290 nt of DNA. Origin: a phage. The stretch lies in the sequence record AF056251.1. The stretch is one strand, 5' to 3'. Shown here piece by piece: positions 1-290 of the stretch. A program made the translations under genes and the position numbers. Below the pieces are notes generated by a model that worked only from the letters and a program-made list of their open reading frames with translations, was not told where the DNA came from and did no database searches. Each line of letters opens with the position of its first letter. Position 1 is the stretch's first letter.

Positions 1-12
1 AATGGACATACT

Positions 13-246
13 TTAAATAGTTATCTCACCAGGTTTGCTAACAGTAACAGCCGGAGTAGAGAAATTTTTATTAGTATATATTTCTACTTTGCCATTACGT
101 TCTTTAACATCACGCACTTTACCATATTCAGTAATGATGCCATTTTGTTGGACTTTAACATTACCGTTTTTCATAAAAACTTTGGTAGATGCTAGAGAAC
201 TGAAACTAACTGCCGAAACCATCAGTGCAATAATAAACTTATTCAT
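13..246 (-). CDS. Small secreted protein of unknown function: 77-aa precursor with an N-terminal Sec signal peptide and a basic mature domain of about 58 aa
   Basis: The minus-strand frame is open from 288 to the TAA stop at 15..13. I call the start at ATG 246..244 because GAGGAAG (253..259) sits 6 nt upstream and the encoded N-terminus MNKFIIALMVSAVSFSSLA has the n/h/c organisation of a Sec signal peptide. A 91-codon open frame is unlikely by chance in DNA this AT-rich, where stop codons are frequent (my rough estimate is about 1 in 1000). Third codon positions are A/T-biased, matching the overall composition. No homologue recognised from memory. Confidence 0.72.
   Translation of the reverse strand: MNKFIIALMVSAVSFSSLASTKVFMKNGNVKVQQNGIITEYGKVRDVKERNGKVEIYTNKNFSTPAVTVSKPGEITI
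190..246 (-). other. Sec-type signal peptide (residues 1-19, MNKFIIALMVSAVSFSSLA) with predicted signal peptidase I cleavage between Ala19 and Ser20
   Basis: It has a positively charged n-region (MNK), a hydrophobic core of about 12 residues (FIIALMVSAVSF) and a polar c-region ending S-L-A, which satisfies the -3/-1 small-residue (AXA) rule. There is no Cys at +1 and no lipobox, so signal peptidase II processing is not expected. Confidence 0.6.
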
Positions 247-252
247 CAGTAT

Positions 253-259
253 CTTCCTC
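253..259 (-). promoter_or_regulatory. Shine-Dalgarno ribosome-binding site (GAGGAAG) for the CDS starting at 246
   Basis: The reverse complement of 253..259 is GAGGAAG, complementary to the 3' end of 16S rRNA. It is followed by a 6-nt spacer (ATACTG) and then the ATG at 246..244. Confidence 0.6.
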
Positions 260-277
260 ACTACAGTCACGGCATAC

Positions 278-283
278 ATCATA
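278..283 (-). promoter_or_regulatory. Candidate -10 promoter hexamer (TATGAT) for the small secreted protein gene
   Basis: The minus strand reads TATGAT, a 5/6 match to TATAAT, 31 nt upstream of the ATG at 246. That would give a leader of roughly 24 nt. The matching -35 position lies beyond the window end, so this rests on the hexamer match alone, in AT-rich DNA where such matches are common. Confidence 0.2.
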
Positions 284-290
284 ATCATTG

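Noticed and set aside
61-90. Very AT-rich stretch with TATATA (75..80) resembling a plus-strand -10 element
   Set aside because: It lies within the minus-strand CDS (encoding EIYTNKNF), and no plus-strand ORF or RNA follows it in the window. In DNA this AT-rich, such hexamers are expected by chance.
166-180. Perfect 6-bp inverted repeat GTTTTT-cat-AAAAAC that could form a hairpin
   Set aside because: The stem is almost entirely A-T (weak), the loop is only 3 nt, and it lies inside the CDS, where it encodes F-M-K-N of the mature protein. This is most likely a by-product of AT-rich codon usage, not a terminator or regulatory structure.
190-246. N-terminal hydrophobic segment read as the membrane anchor of a small type I toxin (Hok/Gef-like) or a lipoprotein signal
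   Set aside because: The hydrophobic stretch is followed by an S-L-A cleavage motif and a long, highly charged hydrophilic domain, which fits a cleaved secretory signal rather than a membrane-embedded toxin. There is no cysteine anywhere in the protein, which excludes a lipobox.
13-288. The full 91-aa ORF from the six-frame track, taken as the gene model
   Set aside because: The extension lacks a visible ribosome-binding site and would bury the signal peptide internally. The internal ATG at 246 with GAGGAAG at a 6-nt spacing is the better-supported start. The longer form is not fully excluded (see findings).
278-290. Plus-strand CATAAT (280..285) near the window edge as a -10 element for a divergent gene beyond position 290
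   Set aside because: It is a single hexamer match in AT-rich sequence, with no -35 region and no downstream gene visible. It cannot be supported from this window.
1-290. Screen for tRNA or other structured RNA genes, CRISPR repeats, or insertion-sequence terminal inverted repeats
   Set aside because: No repeated spacer-repeat units, no long inverted repeats and no tRNA-like cloverleaf-forming segment were found. The window is fully accounted for by one CDS and its short leader.

Overview
This 290-bp, AT-rich window (about 34% G+C by my hand count) is almost entirely one minus-strand gene. It encodes a small, lysine-rich, probably secreted protein of unknown function. I place the start at the internal ATG (246..244, minus strand) rather than the ORF-track start at 288, because that ATG is preceded by a GAGGAAG Shine-Dalgarno at a 6-nt spacing and is followed immediately by a textbook Sec signal peptide (MNKFIIALMVSAVSFSSLA, predicted cleavage after S-L-A). 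That gives a 77-aa precursor and a mature product of about 58 aa with no cysteine, so it is not a lipoprotein. I do not recognise the protein family, so no gene symbol is assigned. Only 44 nt of upstream leader and 12 nt past the stop codon are visible, so promoter, terminator and operon context cannot be resolved. I see no RNA genes, CRISPR repeats, mobile-element ends or other repeats of significance. I see no evidence in this window for a multi-gene system; the only candidate of interest is the small secreted protein itself, and its role can only be judged from flanking sequence.
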